From: Candidatus Flemingiibacterium sp.
Lineage (GTDB): Bacteria; Bacillota; Clostridia; Oscillospirales; CAG-272
Direction: 5' to 3'
DNA length: 36,911 nucleotides
Assembly: GCA_045634345.1 (NCBI GenBank)
Contig: JAZRAB010000097.1
Coordinates: 1-36,911, forward strand
Both the position numbers and the translations under genes were made by a program. How positions within the stretch are numbered: the first letter of the stretch is position 1; every line of letters starts with the position of its first letter. A model generated the notes under the pieces. That model worked only from the letters and a program-made list of their open reading frames with translations. It was not told the origin of the DNA and did not search any database. Positions 1 to 9,728 of this stretch are shown one piece after another.

Positions 1-42
1 GATTTCGAGTCAGCCCCGTTATGACCACTTCGATACCTCTCT
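1..42 (-). tRNA. tRNA-Ser(CGA), 5' half only (truncated by the window edge)
   Basis: Reverse complement reads AGAGAGG-TA-TCGAAGTGGTCATAACGG-G-GCTGA-CT-CGA-AA-TC, giving acceptor strand, D arm and an anticodon arm with CGA. Confidence 0.85.
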
Positions 43-77
43 GTATTAAATTGTGTGTCACACCAAGTGACCAATAT

Positions 78-106
78 ATTATACCACATTCGGTAATGGT
101 TGTCAA
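78..106 (-). promoter_or_regulatory. sigmaA promoter of tRNA-Ser
   Basis: Minus strand TTGACA-17 nt-TATAAT (perfect consensus with extended -10 TG). Confidence 0.8.
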
Positions 107-199
107 GTGGTATGAGTAAATATTTAAAACATTTTCAAATAATTCAGCTGGGGTTTGTTGAGCTTTGCGTTTGATTTAAAATATACTCGACAATAAAAT

Positions 200-248
200 C
201 CGACTTTGTGACAAGGTCACAGAAGTCGGTATAATGATGTGGTATAAT
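200..248 (+). promoter_or_regulatory. Palindromic operator (TGTGAC-AAG-GTCACA) and extended -10 upstream of thioredoxin
   Basis: TGTGACaagGTCACA at 207-221 lies inside a larger inverted repeat CCGACTT...AAGTCGG (200-229). TG-G-TATAAT is at 240-248. Confidence 0.55.
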
Positions 249-296
249 ATAAGTGCAAAAGCAAATAATATCAATAAACAGAAAGGAAGCAAAAAT

Positions 297-602
297 ATGT
301 CTGTAATTAATCTTGATAAAAATAACTTTAATCAAACCGTAAATACCGATAAACTTGTGCTTATAGATTTCTGGGCACCGTGGTGCGGTCCTTGCCGTAT
401 GGTATCGCCTATTGTCGATGAGATAGCTGAGGAGAACCCCGATGTTGTAGTAGGCAAGGTCAATGTCGATGACGAAGCAGAGCTTGCCCAAAAATTCGGC
501 GTCATGAGTATTCCTACGCTGATCGTAATGAAGGATGGGGCAATCATAAATCAGTCTGTCGGTGCGAAGCCGAAGGAACAGATTCTAGAGATGCTCAAGT
601 GA
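297..602 (+). CDS. trxA: Thioredoxin
   Basis: WAPWCGPC active site and SIPT cis-Pro motif. Start moved to MSVINLDK after the GAAAGGA RBS. Confidence 0.95.
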   Translation: MSVINLDKNNFNQTVNTDKLVLIDFWAPWCGPCRMVSPIVDEIAEENPDVVVGKVNVDDEAELAQKFGVMSIPTLIVMKDGAIINQSVGAKPKEQILEMLK

Positions 603-1274
603 TTATCTTGCAAGAGATCGAAGTCTTGATTTGTCAATAATTGCGATACCTTTGCGAGACACTTCCACTATCCCTTCGGAAGAGAAATATTTTAACATGC
701 GTGTAACGACCTCACGGGCGGATCCCATATATTTGGCGATCTGCTCGTGAGTTAATTTTATAGTATCCGAGCCGGTTTTAGAGGCTTCATCAATAAGAAA
801 TATCGCAAGCCTCTTATCCATGCTCATAAACAGTATCTGCTGCATTACCCACATTACATCGGAAAACCGGCTGACGGCAGTTTCGAGTGCAAATATTTTT
901 ACAGCCGGCACACGCTCGGAAATCGTCGCAAAAACGCCGCCGCTTACTACACAGCAAGTGCTGTCCTCCTCGGCGTCAACAAATACGTCAAAGGTTATAC
1001 TCTGTATAACGCATGAGGCAGAGAGCATACAAATGTCTCCCGGATAGAGCCTGTAAAGCGTGATTTCCTTGCCTTCGTCCGAAAGTATGTAGAGCCGCAG
1101 ACAGCCGGATTCAACCAATATCACACCGGTACACTCGCTGCTGTCATGCACAGTTGCACCTTTTTTATAATTTACAATTGATGACCCTCGGCATAAATCC
1201 TCGCGCTCACTATCCTGTAAATCTTTCCAGAACGGAAAGTGCTTTTCGTAAACCGGTATAAACGGACATTCCAT
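603..1274 (-). CDS. Crp/Fnr family transcriptional regulator
   Basis: cNMP-binding-type domain (GCLRLYILSDEGKEITLY) and C-terminal HTH (LTHEQIAKYMGSAREVVTRML). Start moved to MECPFIP after the GAGGGGG RBS. Confidence 0.9.
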   Translation of the reverse strand: MECPFIPVYEKHFPFWKDLQDSEREDLCRGSSIVNYKKGATVHDSSECTGVILVESGCLRLYILSDEGKEITLYRLYPGDICMLSASCVIQSITFDVFVDAEEDSTCCVVSGGVFATISERVPAVKIFALETAVSRFSDVMWVMQQILFMSMDKRLAIFLIDEASKTGSDTIKLTHEQIAKYMGSAREVVTRMLKYFSSEGIVEVSRKGIAIIDKSRLRSLAR

Positions 1275-1354
1275 TGACAAGCCCCCTCTGCGGATGGATG
1301 ATTGTTTTATATCATTATACCATGAAAATGCGAATACGTCAATTGTTATGAATG

Positions 1355-2752
1355 TTAGTCGATAACTCTTGCTTCGTTTTTCGCGGCTTGTTTTCTCTTG
1401 ATTTCTCGTGCTACACGTATGAGAAGAACAGCGGCGAGAATTGCGGCAAGCGCGTTTACACCAACGAAATTCAGCCAAATTCCGTCAAGACCGAGTCCCC
1501 AAAGCGCACCCAGCATTAAGAGAGGGAAGACAAGCGCCACTGATACGGACATAATCGTCGCTTGTACCGGCTTTTCGATTGCGCTGAAAAAGCTTTGTGT
1601 AGTGACTGCTATCCAACGGAAAAGATAGGCAAAACAGAAAAGCCTTATTGCATGGGTAGAGATTTCAAGAAGCTTTACATCCTCGGCATTAGCGAATAGC
1701 GATGCGATAGCTCCGGAGAAGAAAAACATAATAGAAGTTGATACAAGACCGACTACAGCGGTGCCGATATATGAACGTCTTACAATTTGCTTGACGCGAG
1801 TGTAATTTTCCGCTCCCCAATTATATCCGATTGCAGGGGCGAGAGAATCGCTGATCCCATAGAGAAGCGGCCAGCAGAGATCGCTTGAGTACATGAGGAC
1901 AGCGTAAACCGCTACTGCAGTTGTTCCGCCGCCTTCGCCGAAAACTTTAACTCCGATAGTCATAAGAGAAATGTTCATAAGAATTGATGTGACACGTCCC
2001 GCAATATTGCTCAGGAAAATGGGTGAACCGCAGGCGGCAATTTGCTTAAACATTGCTATATGAAATTTTGGCTTTGCGAATTGAAGCAGTGTCTTTCTCA
2101 TTAGAAAAGGGATCATGGCAGTTACAGAACAAATGCACATTGCAATAGATGTAGCAAGGGCAGAGCCTACAACATCCATTTCGAGACCGAAAAGGAAAAA
2201 CACCAAAAGTCCGAGGGTTATCACATTGCAGAAAATGTTGATCACCATGCTTGTTTTGATGTAACCGCTTATGCGCAGATAGTTGTCCATTGCAAAAAAG
2301 ATAGTGGTCAGCGGACTGCAGAGCGCATATGTACGCAGATATCTGACGGACGTTTTGAGAAGTATATCGTCTGCTCCCATCATTTTTGATAACGGTTCTG
2401 CGGCAAAAAACATGATGCTTCCCATCAACAGAGATGCGAAAAATATCATAATGATCGAGCAGGAGAAAACATTGTTCGCGGTCGTGTGATCTTCGCGTCC
2501 AAGCGCGATGGAAATAGGCACCGAAGCACCGACGCCTATAAGATCGGCGAGGGAGAAATTGATCATTACGAGCGGCATTGCGATATTGACCGCCGCAAAT
2601 GCTCCCTCTCCGAGTGTCTGACCGATAAAAGCGCCCTCGATGATACTGTATATTGACATGGCGAACATGCTTATCATGCCGGGCAGAGCTACGACAAAAA
2701 ATAGCTTCCACGGCTTCATTGTGGCGTACATAATTTCAGCCTTCATTTTCAT
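1355..2752 (-). CDS. MATE family efflux transporter
   Basis: About 12 hydrophobic segments in two repeats, with MATE motifs (ALPGMISM, GVGASVPISIALG, IGYNWGAENY). GGAGGT RBS upstream of 2752. Confidence 0.9.
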   Translation of the reverse strand: MKMKAEIMYATMKPWKLFFVVALPGMISMFAMSIYSIIEGAFIGQTLGEGAFAAVNIAMPLVMINFSLADLIGVGASVPISIALGREDHTTANNVFSCSIIMIFFASLLMGSIMFFAAEPLSKMMGADDILLKTSVRYLRTYALCSPLTTIFFAMDNYLRISGYIKTSMVINIFCNVITLGLLVFFLFGLEMDVVGSALATSIAMCICSVTAMIPFLMRKTLLQFAKPKFHIAMFKQIAACGSPIFLSNIAGRVTSILMNISLMTIGVKVFGEGGGTTAVAVYAVLMYSSDLCWPLLYGISDSLAPAIGYNWGAENYTRVKQIVRRSYIGTAVVGLVSTSIMFFFSGAIASLFANAEDVKLLEISTHAIRLFCFAYLFRWIAVTTQSFFSAIEKPVQATIMSVSVALVFPLLMLGALWGLGLDGIWLNFVGVNALAAILAAVLLIRVAREIKRKQAAKNEARVID

Positions 2753-2849
2753 TTTACACCCGCACCTCCCAAAAACTTGCTTTTCATAACACATTTATAG
2801 TTGAATACACTTTAAATTAAGATGTATTTATATTTTAAAAATAAAAACA

Positions 2850-2887
2850 GACTATAATATTATAGTCCGTTTTTTTGCTGTTGTCAA
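2850..2887 (-). promoter_or_regulatory. sigmaA promoter of the MATE gene overlapped by a perfect 18-bp palindrome
   Basis: Minus strand TTGACA (2887-2882)-17 nt-TATAAT (2864-2859). GACTATAATATTATAGTC is at 2850-2867. Confidence 0.65.
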
Positions 2888-2942
2888 TAGGTTAGGTGGT
2901 TTTATGGGCATTTATCCGACTGCGTTTTCTCGAAAATTTGTC

Positions 2943-4247
2943 TCAGGGCATATTCTTTTTATCATCAATGGCTGGGTTGTCGATAAGCTCTCCGTTTTCG
3001 GTAAAGCGTGAGCCGTGGCAGGGGCAGTCCCACGAGTGCTCGTCGGGATTATACTTCAAAGCACAGCCGAGATGTGGACAGCGCGGTGCTGTAGGGGTCA
3101 AAAGTCCTACTAGCGATTCAAAAGCATTGACGGCAAGCTGCGGGCGAAGCATACTGCGTGAGGGGGAGAAAACAGCGGCGTAGTCACTTTTCTTTTCGCG
3201 CACCAAGTCGGTCAGAAGCATAGCAGAGACCATTGCCGAGGTCATTCCCCATTTATTAAAGCCGGTCGCCACATACAAATCCGGCGTGTTCTTTGAGTAT
3301 TTGCCTATATACGGAATACCGTCAAGCGTCATGCAGTCCTGTGTTGACCACTTGCTCCGGATTTTTGCATTTGGATAATGCGCGGCGGCAAATTCTTCAA
3401 GCTCTTTCCAATTGCCTCCGCTTTTTCCTGTTCGGTGTGAACCGCCTCCGAGCAATAAAAGCTTTCCGTAATTACGAAAATACAAGCCTTTGTCAGACTC
3501 ATCGACATACATTCCATCTACATCCGCTGCATCCTCAATCGCTAAAACGTACGAGCGATGCTGATACAGCTTCAAAAAATATCCTCCGTGCTTGTTGAGT
3601 ATCGGAAAATGTGTTGCCACTATAATTTTTCTGCAATTTATTTCTCCGTGCTCGGTAATCGCTTTGTTTGGCATAAGCTCAATAACCTTTGTATTTTCAA
3701 ATATCGGAAGTCCCTCAGCGATCCCGAATACAAATTTGAGCGGATGAAACTGCGCCTGCTCTTTTATGAGCACGGCTCCTGCCGTTTTGAATGGCAATGT
3801 GGGAGTATCGGAAAATTCTGCTTTGAAGCCGAGACGACTCAGTGCGGCTATTTCCAGCTCTATTTTTGCGCGGTCGCACAGCGAGTACACATACGAATCC
3901 ATTTTTTCGTAATCACAATCAATATTGCGGCACAAATCCGCATATCTGAGTGTGGCACGTATCTGGGTGTCTAAATAAAGCCGGGACTTTTCTGCACCGA
4001 ACTGCTTTATCAGCTTATCGTATATAAGACCGTGTCCGACCGTTATTTTTGCAGTGGTATTCTCGGTGACACCACTGCATATTTGCTTTGCCTCAACCAG
4101 AATGCAATCAACATCTGCTTTTTTTAACATATACGCGCACAAAATCCCGGTAATTCCGCCGCCTATAATAAGCACGTCTGTATTAATGCTTTCCCTCAAA
4201 CAATCAAAATGGGTTCGCCCGGTGTATTCACTCCAAACAGATTTCAT
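2943..4247 (-). CDS. FAD-dependent oxidoreductase with C-terminal Rieske [2Fe-2S] domain (YhfW-like)
   Basis: DVLIIGGGITG dinucleotide fold, ATGFNKWGMT, and Rieske motifs CPHLGC and CPCHGS. Start moved to MKSVWSE. Confidence 0.88.
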   Translation of the reverse strand: MKSVWSEYTGRTHFDCLRESINTDVLIIGGGITGILCAYMLKKADVDCILVEAKQICSGVTENTTAKITVGHGLIYDKLIKQFGAEKSRLYLDTQIRATLRYADLCRNIDCDYEKMDSYVYSLCDRAKIELEIAALSRLGFKAEFSDTPTLPFKTAGAVLIKEQAQFHPLKFVFGIAEGLPIFENTKVIELMPNKAITEHGEINCRKIIVATHFPILNKHGGYFLKLYQHRSYVLAIEDAADVDGMYVDESDKGLYFRNYGKLLLLGGGSHRTGKSGGNWKELEEFAAAHYPNAKIRSKWSTQDCMTLDGIPYIGKYSKNTPDLYVATGFNKWGMTSAMVSAMLLTDLVREKKSDYAAVFSPSRSMLRPQLAVNAFESLVGLLTPTAPRCPHLGCALKYNPDEHSWDCPCHGSRFTENGELIDNPAIDDKKNMP

Positions 4248-4394
4248 TTTACTACCCCTTTTTAAGGTAGTATCTGACGTTTTTAGCTTCACTATACCGA
4301 TATTTACAAAAAAGAGAACCTCTTAAAGCTCGCGGTGCGAATGGTGATAAAATCTATCGAGTTCATTCTTCGCTGAGTTTTAGAGGCTCCGTTA

Positions 4395-5546
4395 TTATTT
4401 GTCTTCTTTATATGTAATATCCTTGATAAAGCATCTGCGGCGCTTGTGCTGTTCTTTTTCAAAGAATTTCCACTGTGCCTGTATCTTGGCGTTGGTTTCA
4501 AGCTGCGGCCCTGTCTCCGCGTACTTTATGCCGTTTTTGGTGGTGCTTTTTATGAAGTGGTCAAATATCATTGCGATAAGGGGCGTTCCCTGAAGCTCGG
4601 GCTTTATAGCGACCAGAAGCAGGTCTACGGTGTCGTTTTTTGACAGCGCCTTTAATACCGGTATCCAACCGAGAGGGAAGAGTCTTCCGCGGCATTTTCT
4701 GAGCGCGTCTGACAGTGATGGGACGGTAACACCGAAGGCAACCATATTGTTATCATTGTCCATGATAAAGCAGGCATAGTCGGGATTGACAAGCGGAATG
4801 AATTTCCCGGCGTATTTGTCTATCTGTCTATCGGTAAGTTTAACTACGCCGTAAAGCGGCGCATATGCTTCATTTAACAGCTCAAATACCTTTTTTACAT
4901 ATGGGCGGTAATCCGAACGCTTTTTCAAATCAGCTATATGATAAAGTCCCTGATGCTTGATTCGCTCGGCAAATCTCGCAATCATTTGGACTTCTTTTGA
5001 GTCGGGGGCAGGGACATTGATTCTGAACTCTATCCAGTCGGTATCTTTGGTATATCCGAGCTTTTCAAGATGATCCTTATAATACGGCGCATTGTAGTAT
5101 GTTATAAACATGCTCTTTCGGTCAAAGCCCTCAACGAGCATGCCCTCGCGGTCGAGATCGCAGAATCCGAGCGGTCCGTGAACCTCTTTACAGCCTTTTT
5201 CTCTTGCCCAAGTTTCAACCGCCTCAAAGAGTGCGGCGGATACTCGCTCGTCGTCTACAAAATCCACCTGCGAAAATCTCATTCGGTCGGTCTTCCAGGT
5301 CTTGTTTGATTTGTGGCTGAGTATAGCGCCTATTCTTCCGACGATTTTTCCGTTTTCGTATGCAAGAAAACATTTAGTCTCGCAGTATTCAAAAGCGGGA
5401 TTTTTCTTTTTATCCCAGTCATCTATATCATCTGAAAAAAATCCGGGTACATAATTCGGATTGTCTTTGTAAAGCTTGTTTGGAAAATCGACAAAAGCTT
5501 TTAGCTCACGCCTTGACTTCACTTCTTTTATGATTATATTTCCCAT
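4395..5546 (-). CDS. GNAT-fold N-acetyltransferase-like protein (YghO-like)
   Basis: N-terminal LKAFVDFPNKLY, GRIGAI, GPLGFCDLDREGMLVEGF, YNAPYY and LETN...Q, recalled as typical of this tandem-GNAT family. Substrate unknown. Confidence 0.65.
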   Translation of the reverse strand: MGNIIIKEVKSRRELKAFVDFPNKLYKDNPNYVPGFFSDDIDDWDKKKNPAFEYCETKCFLAYENGKIVGRIGAILSHKSNKTWKTDRMRFSQVDFVDDERVSAALFEAVETWAREKGCKEVHGPLGFCDLDREGMLVEGFDRKSMFITYYNAPYYKDHLEKLGYTKDTDWIEFRINVPAPDSKEVQMIARFAERIKHQGLYHIADLKKRSDYRPYVKKVFELLNEAYAPLYGVVKLTDRQIDKYAGKFIPLVNPDYACFIMDNDNNMVAFGVTVPSLSDALRKCRGRLFPLGWIPVLKALSKNDTVDLLLVAIKPELQGTPLIAMIFDHFIKSTTKNGIKYAETGPQLETNAKIQAQWKFFEKEQHKRRRCFIKDITYKEDK

Positions 5547-5708
5547 AGAGATTTCTCCGTTTTATTTTCCTTTTTGTCGGTTATTTTCGGGGAATGTCAG
5601 ATTTTGAAAATAAATATTTGGTAATGGCATAACATATTATATAATTATATTACGAAAATGTTTATTTGTCAATGGATTTTGAATTATTTTGATATATAAT
5701 GTCGAATT

Positions 5709-7871
5709 TTATAGGTCGTGATTTTTATAATCATTAACATAAATTTTGACGCTTATAGCATCGATAGTTATATCTCCGTCCTCACGCACAATCACCGTAC
5801 ATCCGGCATGCTCTTTATCTGCAATAAGATTCCATGTTCCGGTTAAATGGTAGGAAAGGGAAGTGTTATATGGGTTAATGAGGACAAGTGCTTTTTCGCC
5901 GCCGTTATCCTCAAAGCATACCGCGAGAATCCCGTTTTCAAGCGTATCGATACCGCTAATAACCGCCGTTCTGCTTGTGAATACGGTGTATGATTTTCGC
6001 ATTTTAATAAGTCCTTTATAGTAGAGCACGGTTTCATATTCGAGACTGCCGGGCTTAAGCTGTGACCAGTCGATGTTATTTACATTATCGCTTGATTTGT
6101 AGCTGTTTTCATCGCCTCCCTTACTTCGCAGCATTTCTTCACCTGCCTGCCAGAAGGGAGTTCCCTTTGATATCATGAGTATTGCCGCGCCGAGTCTATT
6201 CATGGCAGCTCTCTCATCATCGGTGCTGTCCGGATTTGAGAGAAGAAGCTTATCCCATAAGGTGTTGTTGTCATGAGCGCTCATATAGTTTATGACCATG
6301 TCGTTTTCGACTGACCAATATTGAGCAAAGCCGTTGCCGCCATTGATACCGAACAGTACCCTTGCAAGCGATTCTTTTGCCTCGCCGTTGATGTAGCCGC
6401 GCGAGGTTCTTGAAAATGCGCTTCCCTTGAGCCCGTCGCGCATAATATCGTTGAATACCGCTATACCTCCAATAGCATCTTTTGTTGGAATTATTCTGCT
6501 GATATTGGATTGGTTTGCCTGCATACTGCCGTCGATTGTCGATCCCATGGTCCACCCCTCGCCGTAGATAATGGCGTTTGGGTTTATCGAATGAACGGCG
6601 TCCTCAATTTTTTGCATAGTATTAAGATCATGAAGCCCCATCAGATCAAAACGAAGACCGTCGAGCTTATATTCCCTCATCCAATAAGACGCTGATTCCA
6701 CCATAAACTTACCGAACATATATCTTTCTGACGCTGTGTCATTGCCGCATCCGCTTGCTGAAGAATTTGTGCCATCTGCGGCGTATCTGTAATAATAGTA
6801 GGGAACCGTCTTATTAAAATTGCTGTTTTTCTCATGTGTGTGGTTATACACAACGTCCATGATAACACCGATGCCCTCTGCGTGGAGTGCCTTAACTAGC
6901 TCTTTAAGCTCATGTATCCGTTCCTCACCATTTTCCGGACATAGAGAGTAGCTCCCCTCTGGAACATTATAGTTCTTGGGGTCATACCCCCAATTGAATT
7001 GAGCGTTGGGATCTGATTCGTCAACAGTGGCGTAATCAAAAACCGGCAGAAGATGAATATGCGTTACACCAAGCTCCTTCAGATAATCAATGCCGATTGC
7101 CTGACCGTGCTCATTTACGAGACCTCTTTCGGTGAATGCGAGGTATTTGCCCTTGTATTGAGACGCGGCGATTTTGTTTGAAAAATCCCTTACGTGAATC
7201 TCCCAGATGATTGCTTCGGAGTAGCTTGAAATTTTGCGGGTCAGCTCTGCTTTATCCCAATCAAACGGATTTGTGCGTTCAAGATCAACTACCATGCCGC
7301 GGTTGCCGTTTATAGCTGCCGCTTTTGCGTACGGATCTACCGCTTCCTGCGTACCGACGGGAGTGGTTATGCTGTATGTGTAGTACGTGCCGTGACCGCA
7401 GTTCTCGGTGAGAGACCAAATGCCCTTTTCGCCTTTTAACATAGTAGCTCTTTTGTATGCGTTTGTCCCGTGCCCCGTGTGAAAAAGGTTAAGAACTACT
7501 TGTGATGCAGTCGGTGCCCACACCTTAAAAGTTGTTTGATCACCGCATATGACAGCACCGAGGTCTCTACCGTCATAGTGAAAATTCTCGGCAAAGTATC
7601 GGCTGTCGAATATTTTGGTTGGAACAACATCCGCCTTTTGGCAGTTATCAATTGCTACTTGATAATTTTCGGATATTTCAAGACGTTCATCAAGCTCGAT
7701 ATATATGATATCAGACGGTGCGTTCACATCAGAAATACTCTTGATTTTAATTTCACTGCTGTTTTTATATACTTTTATTTGGTCAAAGCTCGAAATCGTT
7801 ATCGCAGGTGCGACAGTACATTTAAGCTTAAACTCATCAATCATTTCTGCAAATATAAAATCTGTTGCCAT
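5709..7871 (-). CDS. pulA: Type I pullulanase (GH13, CBM48)
   Basis: FKVWAPTA (CBM48), FNWGYDP pullulanase signature, DVVYNH, GLRFDLMG nucleophile, YGEGW acid/base and SAHDN. No obvious signal peptide. Confidence 0.9.
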   Translation of the reverse strand: MATDFIFAEMIDEFKLKCTVAPAITISSFDQIKVYKNSSEIKIKSISDVNAPSDIIYIELDERLEISENYQVAIDNCQKADVVPTKIFDSRYFAENFHYDGRDLGAVICGDQTTFKVWAPTASQVVLNLFHTGHGTNAYKRATMLKGEKGIWSLTENCGHGTYYTYSITTPVGTQEAVDPYAKAAAINGNRGMVVDLERTNPFDWDKAELTRKISSYSEAIIWEIHVRDFSNKIAASQYKGKYLAFTERGLVNEHGQAIGIDYLKELGVTHIHLLPVFDYATVDESDPNAQFNWGYDPKNYNVPEGSYSLCPENGEERIHELKELVKALHAEGIGVIMDVVYNHTHEKNSNFNKTVPYYYYRYAADGTNSSASGCGNDTASERYMFGKFMVESASYWMREYKLDGLRFDLMGLHDLNTMQKIEDAVHSINPNAIIYGEGWTMGSTIDGSMQANQSNISRIIPTKDAIGGIAVFNDIMRDGLKGSAFSRTSRGYINGEAKESLARVLFGINGGNGFAQYWSVENDMVINYMSAHDNNTLWDKLLLSNPDSTDDERAAMNRLGAAILMISKGTPFWQAGEEMLRSKGGDENSYKSSDNVNNIDWSQLKPGSLEYETVLYYKGLIKMRKSYTVFTSRTAVISGIDTLENGILAVCFEDNGGEKALVLINPYNTSLSYHLTGTWNLIADKEHAGCTVIVREDGDITIDAISVKIYVNDYKNHDL

Positions 7872-8039
7872 TTGAGCGTTTCCCCCGTCTGCGCTTTTTT
7901 ATATTATTTAAAATGCTCTGATTATATCCTTCCCGAAGCGGCTCACTATATTCATTTTTATACTCTGTATACGCCTATTATATGCCGTGCATCATACTTG
8001 GATTTATGCGCGCAAATTCCATATACATAACAAGCGAAA

Positions 8040-8077
8040 AAGTAAAGCCGGCATCTGCAAGGATGTCGGCTTTTGCT
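8040..8077 (-). terminator. Intrinsic terminator after the 8095-8652 gene
   Basis: Stem AAAGCCGGCATC/GATGTCGGCTTT with A/T flanks. Confidence 0.6.
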
Positions 8078-8094
8078 AGTAAGCAGTTGGGGCT

Positions 8095-8652
8095 TTATTT
8101 TTTACTGCAAGCGATTACAGCGTCGAGATTGTCTAAAATAAACTGCTGTGCGCTTTTGTTATAAACTACAGTCTGATATTCACCGTAACGTCCTGTACGG
8201 GTTTCGGTTGATATGCCGATCTGCATTCCTGCCTCAGTCGGGCATTTTGCGGGTTTGCCGTCAGTACGCTCCTGTAGACATAGCATGTCTATACCAAGGA
8301 GCCACTCGGTTATATTGCGGTAAGAAAGCTTTTTCATGCTTTCATTGCCGGCGGCGTCATTTATTCTCTTAGCGATCTCGCTTATGGGAATAGGTGATTC
8401 GGAAAGCTCGAATTTTTCAAGCTGCTCAAAGCTTATTGAAAATGGAGCTTTTTTTACGCGCTTGCTTTTTGTGATTCCGCCGTTTTCACATACCTGACTC
8501 AAAATGTCCGACACGAATGAAAAACATCGTGACAGACGAGGATTGCTTGCGATATCATTCTCAGGGATAGGTTTGCCATCAAGTGGGTTTAGGCCATCTG
8601 CCAATTTATCAATAAATGATTTAGCATATGCTATTTTTTCAATTTCGGTCAT
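8095..8652 (-). CDS. Conserved hypothetical protein
   Basis: 185-aa ORF that overlaps the upstream gene by 4 nt (ATGA coupling) and is followed by a terminator. No function recognised. Confidence 0.75.
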   Translation of the reverse strand: MTEIEKIAYAKSFIDKLADGLNPLDGKPIPENDIASNPRLSRCFSFVSDILSQVCENGGITKSKRVKKAPFSISFEQLEKFELSESPIPISEIAKRINDAAGNESMKKLSYRNITEWLLGIDMLCLQERTDGKPAKCPTEAGMQIGISTETRTGRYGEYQTVVYNKSAQQFILDNLDAVIACSKK

Positions 8653-9173
8653 TTTTCTGCCCTCTGTACTGAATTATCGTATGCCGCTTCATACCATTGA
8701 AGCAGGTCGGTAAGATTGTTTTCGCTGACATAGTTGGCATCATTCAGTAAAAGCTTGAGCATGCGCTCGTCATCGGCAGAGCGGTCTTTTTTCGCCTTGA
8801 ATACTTTTATGAGCATTTTTATCATAAAGCTGTTCATGCCGCGGAGCTTTGCTTTTTGTATTCCGCCTTGAACTGTGAACAACGGAGTGCCGTCCGGTAT
8901 TCTCGCAGCCTTGCGGACCTCGTCAAGCAGGCATCCTGTGTCGCATAAGCCAACGCCGCACACAGCGGCAACATCATATTTTTTTGCGGCATGCCGGTAT
9001 CCCTTTACATTAGTAGCGCACAGCCATCCGAGGTATATAACTTTTGTTCCCTTTTCAAGCTGTTTTGCCGAAGAGTCAAGCTTGTATGCCGGCAAACCGA
9101 TTCTATCGGAGAGAATTTTTGCATATTGTTCTGTAAGTCCGGTGTTTGATGTGTAAACGATTGCTTTTATCAT
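8649..9173 (-). CDS. Flavodoxin-like protein
   Basis: N-terminal IVYTSNTGLTEQYA FMN phosphate-binding loop. GAGGA RBS. Confidence 0.75.
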   Translation of the reverse strand: MIKAIVYTSNTGLTEQYAKILSDRIGLPAYKLDSSAKQLEKGTKVIYLGWLCATNVKGYRHAAKKYDVAAVCGVGLCDTGCLLDEVRKAARIPDGTPLFTVQGGIQKAKLRGMNSFMIKMLIKVFKAKKDRSADDERMLKLLLNDANYVSENNLTDLLQWYEAAYDNSVQRAEK

Positions 9174-9395
9174 TTGCTTGTCCTCGCTTTACTGATGTTT
9201 TATCAAAATATTCCCACAAATTAATTATATCACGTTTTTCATTTATTGCAATTGTTTTTACTCAAATACACAGCACGGTGTGAAGCTTTTTTGCATTGTT
9301 TTAAAGGAAAATGCGAACTTTGATTGATACAGACGAAAAATGCTTTATTTTGCCGTAAATATTGAACTTTTGCGCAATTATTAATTGAAAAGCAC

Positions 9396-9424
9396 TTGAC
9401 ATAAGAGCTTACTTGTGGTAAAAT
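9396..9424 (+). promoter_or_regulatory. sigmaA promoter P1 of the peptide/surface operon
   Basis: TTGACA-17 nt-TAAAAT with extended TG. Confidence 0.6.
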
Positions 9425-9544
9425 TGTAGTGTTAGGACATTATTGCCATAAATATCAGCGAATTTTTAGGTAAAATTGCGAATAATTATCCATCATGACG
9501 GAACTCAAACAAAACAAACGTCGAAAATATGTCGAAAAAATGTG

Positions 9545-9573
9545 TTGATTTTATCTGATTTGTGTGATATAAT
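9545..9573 (+). promoter_or_regulatory. sigmaA promoter P2 of the peptide/surface operon
   Basis: TTGATT-17 nt-TATAAT with extended TG. Confidence 0.6.
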
Positions 9574-9728
9574 TAAAAGAGGCAAATTTTTTTGCCGCTG
9601 TAAAAGTGTATAGTTGCCAAGTGCCTAACTCGGTATACTTTACGCTGTACTACTATGCTTAGCTTGCTTGACAAGAACTTTACATATATCCTTGCCAAGA
9701 AATTTTTCTGAAAGGAGGACACACGATA

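Noticed and set aside
1275-1478. N-terminal extensions given by the ORF track for the Crp regulator and others (trxA, MATE, oxidoreductase, sortase, gdhA, lipoprotein)
   Set aside because: The extensions overlap neighbouring genes or promoters. Downstream ATGs generally have better RBS spacing and match family N-termini.
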